Part shown: positions 1 through 11,799 of the stretch, one piece after another | How positions within the stretch are numbered: position 1 is the first letter of the stretch | Layout: every line of letters begins with the position of its first letter | Assembly: GCF_006345805.1 (NCBI RefSeq) | Contig: NC_043000.1 | Location: forward strand, 24,986,001 to 25,050,000 | DNA length: 64,000 bases | Direction of reading: 5' to 3' | Source of the DNA: Octopus sinensis | Lineage: Eukaryota | Translations under genes and position numbers: made by a program | The notes under the pieces: model-generated | Database searches by the model: none | Told to the model about the DNA's origin: nothing | Seen by the model: the letters and a program-made list of their open reading frames with translations, nothing else

Positions 1-722
1 GTTGTAGTCTTCTTTTTAAAGCAACAGTCCTAATAGTTTCTGATCAGACCACGTATATGCATGTTCTTGTTATTGTTTAGTTCTAGGTCAGCTTTTCTCA
101 AGGGTATTCCAGCCATGATCAACTATTTATGATTATTTTTTTAAACAGTATATCCAAGGTGACAATATTCAATGTGTTCTTCCATTTCTTTGAGATGATG
201 GGGTGTGATCTGAGGGAGATTTGGTTGTTATTTCTAGTAAGTTAAATAACCTCACCGAAGCTCCCTTGTGAACATATACAACGTATGTGTGCGTAAAGAG
301 CATCAACAGGCAAACAGACATTTCTTAGATTTGATTTATAGCATCAAGAGCATGCGAAGATATATTTTCTTGGAGTGGGGAGAGTTAGGGATGCAAGAGT
401 AATAGACACTTTCTCTCCATATTAGATTAAATTATTTTAAAATGATGTCAGTCTATCAGTAACATTCCCAGAAGACTTGAAACATGTTCCAGGAATCTAA
501 ATGAAGTGAGTTATGTAGAATTTTCACCAAAACATATTAAAACTGTTTGAACCCTAATATATTGAACGAGCACAGACTCCTTTCTTCTCTACAGCAAGAC
601 ATCTTTATCTGTCCCCTCTATACCCTAAATCTCTCAACTGGCACAAAGCCACACCCTCTCAATATGACTTCTCACCCCTCCCAGTCGAGGGGTTTTTGTC
701 TTGCAAGGAACACTTGGTGACT

Positions 723-938
723 AAATCCTTGTGAGTAGATTTGGTAGATAGAAACTGAAAGAAGCCCATCATACATATATTATATGTGTGTGCGTGTTTG
801 TGTGTCTGTGTTTATCCCCAACATCGCTTGACAATTGATGCTGGTGTTTACATACCCGTAACTTAGCAGTTCGGCAGAAGAGACTGATAGAATAAGTACT
901 AGGCTTACAAAGAATAAGTCCTGGGGTCGATTTGCTCC
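723..938 (+). mobile_element. Family A SINE, 5'-truncated, abutting a family F tail
   Basis: gaaactgaaagaagccc-(TA/TG)n-acatcgcttgacaa...aagaataagtcctggggtcgatttgctc, shared with roughly 30 copies or fragments in the window. Confidence 0.8.
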
Positions 939-1475
939 ATGCTGGCATGGGTTGGACGGTTTAACTGAGGACTGGTGAGCCAGAGGCTGCACCAGGCTTA
1001 AACAGATCTGGCAAAGTTTCTACAGCTGTATACCTTTCCTAACACCAACCACTCTGAGAGTGTAGTGGGTGCTTTCACATGCCACTGGCAAGAGGGCCAG
1101 TCAGGCAGTACTGGCAACAACCATACTGAAAAGGTGTTTTTATGTGCTACCTGCATGGGAGCCAGTCTGGCAGCACTGGCAATGACCATACTCGAATGTT
1201 GTTTTTCACATGCCACCGGATCATGTGCCGGTAAGGCGATGCTGGTAACAACCATGCTCAAATGGTGCTTTTCACGTGTCACTGGCACAGGAGCCAGTTC
1301 GTGGCCCTAGCAACAATCACGCTTGGATGCACTTTTAACGTTCCACTGGCACAAGTGCCAATCAGACGGTACTGTCATTGGCCACATCAGTAATTTTAAT
1401 TTGTTTACACTTGCCTCACTAGGTCTTCACAAGCAAAGTTCATTGTCCAATGAATGAGGGGTGCTCATAAGTGAG
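938..1475 (-). mobile_element. Family F retroposon with ~60-70 bp stem-loop array
   Basis: Reverse complement of the tail ccaacccatgcYagcatgg, followed by five gccag-N9/10-ctggc units; homologous to 23615-24128, 59345-59722 and 60962-61512. Confidence 0.8.
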
Positions 1476-2109
1476 AAACTGGAATCATGTGGTTCCTAGG
1501 TAAGCTACTTACCATACAGCCACTCCTGCGCCTATATGAACATTCTTTGTATTACATGTATTTAACATTTTTTATATATCAATTTGACTGACTTACTTGT
1601 CCTTACATTTACTCTTATATACATTATATATATATCTTTAGATATGTGGGACAGAGTGGTTGTTTTCATAAGGCTACATCTTACGACATGCAGAGAATAT
1701 GAATTGGTGGAAAATAGCAATTTTAAATTAAGATAGATGTTTTCCTATCTCATTTAACGTCAAATTTTAAAATATTAATATTCATGATAAAGGACAAAAT
1801 ATTAAAAAACAAACAAACAAACACATAAAAAACTTAATATCTTCCAAGTTTAACTGTATCGAGTAGCCCCGCCGAATTTTCGGTAATATTGTTTTCACAA
1901 CTAATTAAATAATGTATTGGATCTGAAGATGTGCAACTAATATTATACTGATATCATATAAGCAACAAAACAAAATATGATGTAACAGTCCACCACATCA
2001 TAAGGTATGTAATAAATATCATATTTACATCATGTAAAATGTTTGGGTGTGTTTGAATGGCTGGATTGATGAATAATAGAGAAGGGGAGAGATGGATGGA
2101 TGGATGAAT

Positions 2110-2164
2110 AGATAGAGAGATAAGTAGATAGATAATAGATAGATAAATAGACAGATAGAAAGAT

Positions 2165-2205
<41 letters not shown>

Positions 2206-2228
2206 GAGATAGATATATAGAGAGATAG

Positions 2229-2301
<73 letters not shown>

Positions 2302-2315
2302 GAGATAGATAGATA
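2110..2315. repeat. (GATA)n / (GAGA) microsatellite, ~200 bp
   Basis: Directly visible tetranucleotide array. Confidence 0.95.
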
Positions 2316-2822
2316 TTAAAAGACATCATGCAACGGAATCACATCCGATGAGATTTCACAGATATCATGGACGATCAATTCAGTGTTGCAACAAGTGCAG
2401 AGCAGAGTGCAACATAGCGATGTTGTTATTCTGTTGTTAACAATGGACAGCAAGGGAAAGCAAAGAGAGAGGAGGGAGAGAAAGACAGGGTGGCGGTGGT
2501 GGTGGTGGTTGTAATTATAGCGATCAGGGTCACAACACTAGCGACTCTTACAGACTTAAGAAGCAGTTATTATAGAAATGGTGTCGGCAGCAGTGATGGT
2601 GGTTGTGGTGTTGGTGTGGAAAAGGTTTTTCTACCTAAGCTTTCATATTAAGACATTTTAAAAATGGATTTAGTTGTCGAAAACCAGGAGAACTATCTTT
2701 GAAAAAATAATAACGGTTTGAAAAATGGCAACAACGAAATAAATGCCTAAATAGATAAATAAATAAATAGACTGCATCCAGAAATGAAACCAAATTTCTT
2801 ATAGAAGCAAAGAAACAAGTAT

Positions 2823-3230
2823 GCGTAGGAGTGGCTGTGTGGTAAGTAGCTTGCTTACCAACCACGTGGTTCCAGGTTCAGTCCCACTGCATGGCATCTT
2901 AGGCAAGTGTCTTCTACTATAGCCTCAGGACAACCAAAGCCTTGTGAGTGGATTCGGTAGATGGAAACTGAAAGAAGCCCGTCGTATGTATGTATATATA
3001 CATGTATGTGTGTGTGTATGTTTGTGCGTCTGTCTTTGTCCCCCCCAACATCGCTTGACAACTGATGCTGGTGTGTTTGCATCCCCGTAACTTAGTGGTT
3101 CGGCAAGAGAGACCGATAGAATAAGTACTAAGCTTACAAAGAATAAGTCCTGGGGTCGATTTGCTCGACTAAAAGGCAGTGCTCCAGCATGGCCACAGTC
3201 AAATGACTGAAACAAGTGAAAGAGTAAAAG
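2823..3230 (+). mobile_element. Family A tRNA-derived SINE, full length (~410 bp)
   Basis: Head ggagtggctgtgtggtaag...ggttcagtccc (pol III A/B-box-like), CORE-like cttaggcaagtgtctt, internal microsatellite, tail gtgctccagcatggccacagtcaaatgactgaaacaag. Resembles the described octopus tRNA-derived SINEs (assignment from memory, unverified). Confidence 0.85.
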
Positions 3231-3706
3231 TAAGTAACAAGACTGGAAGAAATTGAAAAATGTCAAGTACAGTTTTTACTATTCTGAATCAAAGCCCATT
3301 TTATTCAATTTGTCCACTAATAGCACAATTTAAATAGCAAGATATTCTGAGTCTTGGAAGCAGTTTATGATGGAAATAGCCATCATCAAAGTAAATAGTG
3401 GGATTAGATTTAAAGAAGATTTTTCAAAATCACAGTTGACAAGTTAAATATTACAGACGATGATGATGATGAACATCTGCCATGGCAATATATTTACTTC
3501 AGCAGTCATGGATGTTGCTATAATTTGAAAAATGTAAATTCAATTGATTGACTGGATGGACTGCAGATGGATGCAGGTTTTCGTGAGAGAGAGAGTTAGA
3601 TGACAACTATCTTCATAGAGCATCACTTTTATTATCTCATTAGTTTGCAGAGCACCTGGAGTCCATTTCAAATCCTACTGAGAAAGTGAATGTGATGATA
3701 ACTAGA

Positions 3707-4249
3707 TGATGTTAATCGTCTGGAAGCCATTCAGCGACGTGCAACCAAGAGAATGCCCTCCATCAGGCATTTGCTATATTCTGAATGCCTTACTTCCCTG
3801 GGCATGGATACATTGAAACTCCAACGTCTGGCAGCTGACATGGCAGACACCCATAAAATCATTAACCATCTTACAAACAATAACTCTGAGCACCTTTTCA
3901 AACTCCACCTGTCTAACACTCGTGGACATGTTTACAAAGTCAGAAAACAGCACAGCTCCCATGACTTTAGGAAACATTTTTTCACGCTAAGAGTTGCTGA
4001 AGCATGGAACAAACTGCCGGCATCAGTTATTAGTTGTTGGAGTACTGCATCCTTCAAAACTTCCATGCTTCCTGAGATTCGCCAACACTACACCTGATTT
4101 TCTCTCCTCCATACACATGCAAGCATGTATCTGACTCATACACTGTTCACTTTCCAGACATTTCTACATTACTGCATGTACTTTATACGCACTTTTGACA
4201 AGTTTGGTGCACCTGAGCACTGTATACAATAATTTCATTATATTATATA
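3707..4249 (+). mobile_element. CR1-clade LINE 3' fragment (ORF2 C-terminus, 3' UTR, ATT tail)
   Basis: ORF 3753-4097 ...TRGHVYKVRKQ...RKHFFTLRVAEAWNKLP...SFK is the CR1 ORF2 C-terminal motif; a second copy lies at 62141-62822. Confidence 0.85.
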
Positions 4250-4478
4250 TTAACGTTTCAGGATTCTAACTAGCCACATCCAGTCCAAATATTCTACACG
4301 TTTTACAGCTAAACTGGCTAAATCTGGCCTCTTGCACCTACCCAACAAAGTCATTCTAAAAATAAACAATTACATCATAGAAATCTCAAAGCAATGGGAA
4401 AATGCATGATTAATTCAAAACAATGTGAATAAAGAAGCATTACATTTGACAAAGTAATCTGAATTGCTAAAGGATTAA
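4250..4478. mobile_element. piggyBac-type MITE, degenerate
   Basis: TTAA at both ends; reverse-complement homolog of 59116-59344. Confidence 0.65.
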
Positions 4479-4722
4479 AACTGTTAAATTTAGCCATTAG
4501 AAAGAAAATACAGGTTTGAAGGATGTTGAAGCCTTTTAATACCATTCTTTTTTATGTATTACCTATAATCACCCCCTCCTGTATGACCCACTCCTTTTTT
4601 CTTTTCATTTCCCCAAACTGAGTCTCACCATTCCTCACGCTTCCATCCATGACCACCATTCACTGCTTTCATGTACATCCTCATATTTACTGTTTGTCAC
4701 TCTTTCAGACTCTTACAAACTT

Positions 4723-4982
4723 ACCTATTTCTTTACTACAAGGGGCTAAACACCTATTTCTTTACCACAAGGGGCTAAACACAAAGAGGACAAACAAGGA
4801 CAGACAAATGGATTAAGTTGATTATATCAAACCCAGTGCATAACTGGTACTTAATTTATCAACCCCAAAAGGATGAAAGGCAAAGTCGACCTCGGCGGAA
4901 TTTGAACTCAGAACGTAACAGCAGATGAAATACAGCTACGCATTTCGCCCGGCGTGCTAACATTTCTGCCATCTCGCCGCCT
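4723..4982 (-). mobile_element. Family D SINE monomer
   Basis: Contains aaggatgaaaggcaaagtcgacctcggcggaatttgaactc; flanked by a 21-bp direct repeat agactcttacaaacttaccta (4707-4727 / 4993-5013). Confidence 0.85.
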
Positions 4983-5249
4983 GAACCCGGAAAGACTCTT
5001 ACAAACTTACCTACCCACCCAACTAACTGTTCTCAATTTTCTGCCCCTGTTCTCTCTTTATCCACTTTCTTGTACTTTAACATTCAATACACACAGTAAA
5101 GTGGTTGACATTATGTAAAACATCCAGCCAAAGAAACCATGCCAAAGCAGACGTTGAAGGCTAACACAGCCCACAGGTCAGGCAGATGCTGTTGAACCAT
5201 CTGACCCATGCTAACATAGCATAAAGATGTTAATGGAGATTTCTGTAGA

Positions 5250-5436
5250 AGTACACCATCTTCGTTTCAATTCATTTTGAAAACAATGAAGACTTTGGTA
5301 GAATAACTGAGCCATTATTAAACTTGAATTTGGAACACAAAGCAACAGGAAATTTTAATGGGAGGCTTTGATTCAGAACACTTTAATACAGGAAGTATAT
5401 TTCAGAAAACCAGGTTTGGTATCAAAAGGGTTTAGA
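5250..5436. mobile_element. piggyBac-type MITE, degenerate
   Basis: Similar to 14786-15024 (aatgaagaNtttggtagaat...) and ends ggtatcaaaagggttt. Confidence 0.5.
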
Positions 5437-5831
5437 GGCACCAGCAGCTCTAAAGAAAATTGTTTGGCATCTGAAGAAAAATTAAAGCAAAGAATGATGG
5501 GAACGAGGTATGAGGATACATGACTGTGTGCTGAAGAAGTTTGCATCCCAACAATGTGGCTTTGGGTTTGATCCTTCTGTGCAGTGCTTCAGGCAAGTGG
5601 TTTCTACTATGGTCTTGCTTGACCACCAATGCCTACTTGTGGCTAACATTTGATAGACTGAAGCTTTGCAAAAAAAGCCATTGTGTGTGTGTGAGAGAGA
5701 GAGAGAGAATGTCTGTCATAGATGTATATCAGCAAAGAATGCAATCACCTACAAAAACACCTCACCAAACTAAAATTTGTAATGTTCTAACAAAATCCTT
5801 TGTGATATTTGTTCTACACTGAGTTACTGAT

Positions 5832-6115
5832 TGTTCCTTCTCGAGCCACGCTTGGCTCACAAGGGCCGGTTCCTGGTTTCTATGGCATATAGATTCCCCA
5901 CCTGGACGGGACGCCGGTCTGTTGCAGGTGAGCTGCAAGATGCAGGAGGAAAGAGTGAGAGAAAGTTGTGGCGAAAGAGTCAGCAGAGGTTCGCCATTAC
6001 CTTCTGCCGGAGCCATGTGGAGCTTAGGTGTTTTGCTCATAAACACACACATCGCCCGGTCTGAGATTCAAACCTGGGAGTCCGCTGCTCTAACAACTAG
6101 GCCATGTGCCTCCAC
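5832..6115 (-). mobile_element. Family C tRNA-derived SINE
   Basis: Reverse complement of gtggaggcacatggcctag...gagaaggaacaa; TSD gagtt(a/g)ctgat at 5821-5831 / 6117-6127. Confidence 0.9.
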
Positions 6116-6142
6116 CGAGTTGCTGATACTGCCTTATTACTC

Positions 6143-6523
6143 TGGAGGCGCAATGGCCCAGTGGTTAGGGCAGCAGACTCGCGGTCGTAGGATCGCAGTT
6201 TCGATTCCCAGACTGGGCGTTGTGAGTGTTTATTGAGCGAAAACACCTAAAGCTCAACGAGGCTACGGCAGGGATGGTGGTGATCCCTGCTGTACTCTTT
6301 CGCCACAACTTTCTCTCACTCTTTCTTCCTGTTTCTATTGTACCTGTATTTCAAAGGGCCGGCCTTTTCACTCTCTGTGTCACGCTGAATATCCCCGAGA
6401 ACTACGTTAAGGGTACACGTGTCTGTGGAGTGCTCAGCCACTTACACGTTAATTTCACGAGCAGGCTGTTCCGTTGGTCAGATCAACCGGAACCCTCGTC
6501 GTCGTAACCGACGGAGTGCTTCC
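6143..6523 (+). mobile_element. Family B tRNA-derived SINE (~380 bp)
   Basis: Head tggaggcgcaatggcccagtgg...gtttcgattcc, tail ggaaccctcgtcgtcgtaaccgacggagtgcttcc; near-identical to 41073-41440. Confidence 0.9.
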
Positions 6524-6754
6524 ATCCACTCTCGACACTCTCCAATGCCAGTGGTCAGTTGTAAACCTGTAACCAATGATGACATTACTGATCAATTGCA
6601 ACATAAAATAATAAATATAAGTTTAGATGGGGGCCATAAAGATGATGTTTTGAGGTCAATGCACAAAAGCTCTAGAAGGAGAGGATATGGTATGACTGTG
6701 AGCAAATAGTTAGGGAATGATGATGATATTGATGATGAGGATGCTGATGAAGAT

Positions 6755-6930
6755 TGTTTTAATGTCCAATTTTCCATTTTCACAAGGGTTCAAATGAATT
6801 TGTTGAGGCAGATTTTCGAATGGTTGGGTGCTTTTCCTGTCAACAACCCTGAACTGTTTGCAACTAAGATAATATTTCCCATCACCAGAACATGTTTTCA
6901 TGCAAGACTGGAAATGAAGGATGCTTGTTT
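6755..6930 (-). mobile_element. Family H retroposon fragment (3' tail like family F)
   Basis: gaatttgttgaggcagatttt...aagataatatttccc...agaacatgttttc; homologous to 17855-18005, 26690-26878 and 32095-32245. Confidence 0.65.
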
Positions 6931-7110
6931 ACAATCATCATGCAATGTCAAGACAAGGAGGTACCAATTGACGCACACACACACTCACACACACACATGA
7001 AGGCATGATGGGAAGTAGAGGAAGGAGGAGGAGGATGTGGGTGTCAAGCTTGATGAACCGGTTGGGAAAAAGAGGCATTAAACATCAGGAAGTGGAACAA
7101 TTACAGAAAA

Positions 7111-7523
7111 CAGCAAGTTGGCAGAATCGTTAGCACGCCGGGCGAAATGTATAGCCATATTTCGTCTGCCGTTATGTTCTGAGTTCAAATTCCGCCGAGG
7201 TCAACTTTGCCTTTCATCCTTTCGGGATTGATAAATTTAGGACCAGTTACGCACTGGGGTCGATGTAATCGACTTAATCCATTTGTCTGTCCTTGTTTGT
7301 CCTCTCTGTGTTTAGCCCCTTCTGGGTAGTAAAGAAATAGGTATTTTGTCTGTCTTTACGTTCTGAGTTCAAATTCCGCCGAGGTCGACTTTACCTTTCA
7401 TCCTTTCGGGGTCGATAAATTAAGTATCAGTTACACACTGGGGTCGATGTAATCGACTTAATCCATTTGTCTGTCTTTGTTTGTCCCCTCTGTGTTTAGC
7501 CCCTTGTGGGTAGTAAAGAAATA
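7111..7523 (+). mobile_element. Family D SINE dimer (head plus two 184-bp units)
   Basis: ttctgagttcaaattccgccgagg occurs at 7177 and 7361 (period 184); each unit ends tgggtagtaaagaaata. Confidence 0.9.
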
Positions 7524-8011
7524 TATAGAAGAAGGCACTTGCCCAAGGTTTCACACAATGGGACTGAACCCAGTACCATGTGACTGGGAAACATGCTTCT
7601 TAACCACTCAGCTACACTTGTACCTGCACATTTCTAATAATAATTTTCTAATATGAGTTTCATAGCTGCAAGAAATTAGAACTTGGTTACATCTCTGCCT
7701 TTCCCAAAGCTATTAGTGAAGTAATTGAAAACAGCTCTAGCAGGGAATTACACTGAGGTACAGACACCATTTACTGAGAAATTATCACAGCAGCAACAAT
7801 TACAACAATATCTAGAAATGGTAGTGCCTTAACTATGTGCACATGTTGAAAACAAATAATAAATAAACAAACATAACAAAGCGACATGGAAGTCTCAGAT
7901 AAGATAATGATTGCTATTAACATTTTTAAGATAACAAGGCCCGAACTAATGGCCTGCTATTTTTTGTGCTAAAGAGGAGACGGGGCCAATATCTTCGAAA
8001 TTTAGATATAC

Positions 8012-8065
<54 letters not shown>

Positions 8066-8561
8066 TGCACACATATGCAGGCTGTTTTTATGTCTATCAT
8101 ACCTCATAAAAGTAGTTCTACTTTCTTTAAGGGGAAAATGTTGAATAGCCTTCATTTTTGAGGTGTTAAGTTTGTGTTTAACCCTAGGTACTGGTAGATA
8201 AGCACTCTTCCTTCAAATACACATAACTATCTTAAAAACAGAAGAGTACATTGGATAATGTACCCCACCTTTCCTTTTTATATTGTTTGTATAGATACAA
8301 CAAAAGAGAAAAAAGAGGATGGTCATAGCCGAAATACTGTGGAAACAGTTCAGTGTTACAATCTTGTTTCATTCATGATCTAAAACCTCACCTACAATCA
8401 TGAGCTAGTGTCATGTGCCAAATACCCATATCATTACAGTCACACTGTAACCTCAATTTAGATTGACCCAGGCACATACACACCCAACACCTTTCTATCC
8501 ACATGTACAGAAGACAGGATATTTTCCTGTATAACAGCTCCACAAAAGATTAAAAATTACA

Positions 8562-8953
8562 TCTCTCTATGTATATTGAAGTTGTCTGTGTATAGCAGGT
8601 TTGGTAGCCTTCAACTAACACTATCTCCTCCTAGACCCTGCGGCACAAGTTGACCAAATTTGAGAGTATGATAGAAGAAGGCTTGCTCTTCTTTCCGTAG
8701 AAGAAAAAATTCAAATTGGACCATGATAACACCAAAAATTATTTACATCAAAAAGGTGCTTTTTTTTTTCTATGAAAATCCCTATTTTTTACGATTTTTT
8801 GACTGCTGTGTCGCCATTTATCGGTGTACTTCAACCAGAAAAATGTTCACTTAAAGAGAATAACAAGTTACATAATGCAAAAGTTTTACTTTTCGAAAAT
8901 TCCAATTCTAAAGGGTTGAAACAAACCCGAGCAATGCCAGGCGATACTGCTAG
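8562..8953 (+). mobile_element. Non-autonomous Helitron-like element
   Basis: Inserted A|TC...CTAG|T, with a subterminal GC-rich imperfect hairpin cccgagcaatgccagg just before CTAG and no TSD. Confidence 0.6.
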
Positions 8954-9635
8954 TAGTATATAAAAGTAAAAAATGAACCAAAATCTAACCTAATCATCGA
9001 TTCAAGTTTATACATAACAGACAAAAGCCGATAATCTATTTGGTTGTTAGAGAATTTCTAATGATTTTATCTTCAAATAGTAATTAAAAATAGAGATTAA
9101 TGGGGACTGAACCTTTCCAATGATATCTATTTAGATTTAGAGGAATTAAAACCTATGAATTATTACCCACTGGTTAATAAGTGGTACCCTGCTGACTTAG
9201 TGATTTATAACTCAATAGAGAAGTTCTGAGAGAAAATACTTTAGTTTTAAACAATTACTAGTTCTGGAAATTTCCTTCCACAACTGAGATAGTGGTACCA
9301 CTAGACAAATATCTGAGAGCGCATCGAAAAGGAATTTGGCTAACTGGCAAAGACTCAATCAACAAACTACAGATGCATTGCCTCCTCGCTATCTTTTCTT
9401 CCACTACAACAACAGCCTCTGCTTGCCAAACATAATTAGTTGCACACTGCCACCTCTTTCTTCCATTATACCTATGCAAACACCACATCTCGATCCTTCT
9501 TCCCCAGGGTGTAAATTTTCCGCTGGAATTACTTTTCCACAAATGTCAACTTATGAGGTTCAAGCTTAACATCAGCCACATCATTCTGAAAGCATTTACT
9601 CAGAACATCAGCATAACTCATTCCTTCCATCTTAA

Positions 9636-9689
<54 letters not shown>

Positions 9690-9698
9690 TATATATAT

Positions 9699-10098
9699 TC
9701 TTTTACTCTTTTTACTTGTTTCAGTCATTTGACTGCGGCCATGCTGGAGCACTGCCTTTAATCGAGCAACTTGACTCCGGGACTTATTCTTTTGTAAGTC
9801 CAGTACTTATTTTATCGGTCTCTTTTGCCGAACCGCTAAGTAACCGGGACATAAACACACCAGCATCGGTTGTCAAGCAATGCTAGGGGGACAAATACAG
9901 ACACACAAACACACATATATATATACATATATACGACGGGCTTCTTTCAGTTTCCGTCTACCAAATCCACTCACAAGGCTTTGGTCAGCCCGAGGCTATA
10001 GTAGAAGACACTTGCCCAAGGTGTCACGCAGTGGGACTGAACCCGGAACCATGTGGTTGGTAAACAAGCTACTTACCACACAGCCACTCCTGCGCCTA
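9699..10098 (-). mobile_element. Family A SINE, full length, flanked by (TA)n on both sides
   Basis: Complete reverse-complement copy; (TA)n at ~9638-9698 and ~10097-10108. Confidence 0.9.
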
Positions 10099-10340
10099 TA
10101 TATATATACTTTATTTAAAAGCAGCAAAAATATAACAAAAGCTGTTACTCCGAGTTTCATGTTCCTGTTCATAGGACAGTTTTTTTTTTTAATAAAACTG
10201 TCTGATGAACGGGAACATGAAACTTGGAGTAACAGCTTTTGTTATATTTCTGCTGCTTTTAAATAAAGTATATTACTCTACCTCTGGTATTTGAGCACTC
10301 TTTTTTTCAACCCTGCTTCACATTTATGTGCTTACTCTGG

Positions 10341-10379
<39 letters not shown>

Positions 10380-10393
10380 ATGTATATCTATAA

Positions 10394-10547
10394 GCAGGCA
10401 TGACTGTGTGATAAAAAGCTTGCTTCTCAACAATATGGTTCTGGATTAAGTCACATTGCATGGCACCATGGGCAAGTGTCTTCTACTATAGCCTTGAGCT
10501 GACCAAAGCCTTTTGAGTGAATTTGGTTGACGGAAACTGAAAGAAAC

Positions 10548-10619
<72 letters not shown>

Positions 10620-10750
10620 ATAGAGAGAGAGTGTGTGTATATGTGTGTGTTTGTCCTCCACTACACTGCTTGACAACGAGTGCTGGTTTGTTTACATTCC
10701 TGTAACTTAGCTTAGGTTCAGCAAAAGAGACCAATAGAATAAATACAAGC
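10394..10750 (+). mobile_element. Family A SINE, diverged
   Basis: Head gcaggcatgactgtgtgataaaaagc..., CORE-like gggcaagtgtcttctactatagcc, long (TA)/(TG) spacer. Confidence 0.8.
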
Positions 10751-11799
10751 CCCCCCCCACCAAAATATGCTGCAGTTGATAGTGGATGCTTTTTACGCTG
10801 GCACAAGGGCCATTCAGGCGGTACTGGCATCGACCACATTTGAATGGTGCTTTTTACATGCTACATGGTAACCAGTCAGGCGGCACATGTATAAATATAT
10901 ATGCCAGCATGGAAAATGGACATTAAACAATGAACATGAAGATGTATATATAAACCCAGCTGCTACAGAATTGGTAAGGGGCATTCTTCTAATCAAAAAA
11001 AAAAGAAGAAAAAAAAAGAAAAGACAAATGAAAAAAACCCAAAATTCTTTGAATTTTGAAAAGCTCACTGGTTTCAATTAGTCTATTGTTATTGAGGAGA
11101 TAGTAATTTTAGTTATTTTGATAGTTAGGAGGTAAACAGAAAAAAGATCTGATTTTCTTTACCAAGTCTATTAGACAGTTAAATGTATTAAATGAGAAAA
11201 CAAAAACAAAAAAAGCAAAAAAAAAAAAAAAACACAGAATCAGTAATGGAAACTGGATTAGTGTCACACAAGATTCTCAGCAAGTTCTTTTATTCATGTG
11301 CAACAATAGCGTTCTTTTCTATCAGCTAATTAATGCATTCTTTTAATCTGTTTAGAATAATAAGTAAATACTAATGAGAACAATGTTAACAGATTTGGTT
11401 AGGTAATTCAATAAATGATGATGACCATGATGATGATTAATTGTTGTTGTTGCTGTTGCTTTTAGCCCCAGGTCAGCTCTGACTGAGCAAACCTATGAGT
11501 AAAAACAATCTAGCCATGACTATCATGTCTTTTCACATATACTTTATCTAAGACTCCATTATGCAAAGAGTATTTCTATCTACAGTGACAGGCACGGTGA
11601 AGGAGACACTCATCTTGAGTCGACTAGGGGTTACTCAGCAATGAGTAAGTAACCTGACTAAAATATGGAAAGGTCACTGAGTGTCCCACTAGACAAACAT
11701 AAGACCAATGAAGTGACATGTCTTTTCCATGGCTCTATATGACTGCTAAACACTGAGCAACAGGATACAGGAGCAGATACTGCAACAGCTTGGGTTTCA

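Noticed and set aside
930-945. A-F fusion as a new composite element
   Set aside because: Seen once, in opposite orientations; simpler as a deletion or insertion junction.
3753-4097. 114-aa ORF as a host gene
   Set aside because: It is the C-terminus of a CR1 ORF2, 5'-truncated, with a second decayed copy at 62141-62822.
7177-7523. Retrozyme (hammerhead-containing tandem repeat) interpretation of the 184-bp D unit
   Set aside because: I found no CTGANGA...GAAA core on either strand of the unit; other ribozyme classes were not assessable by eye.
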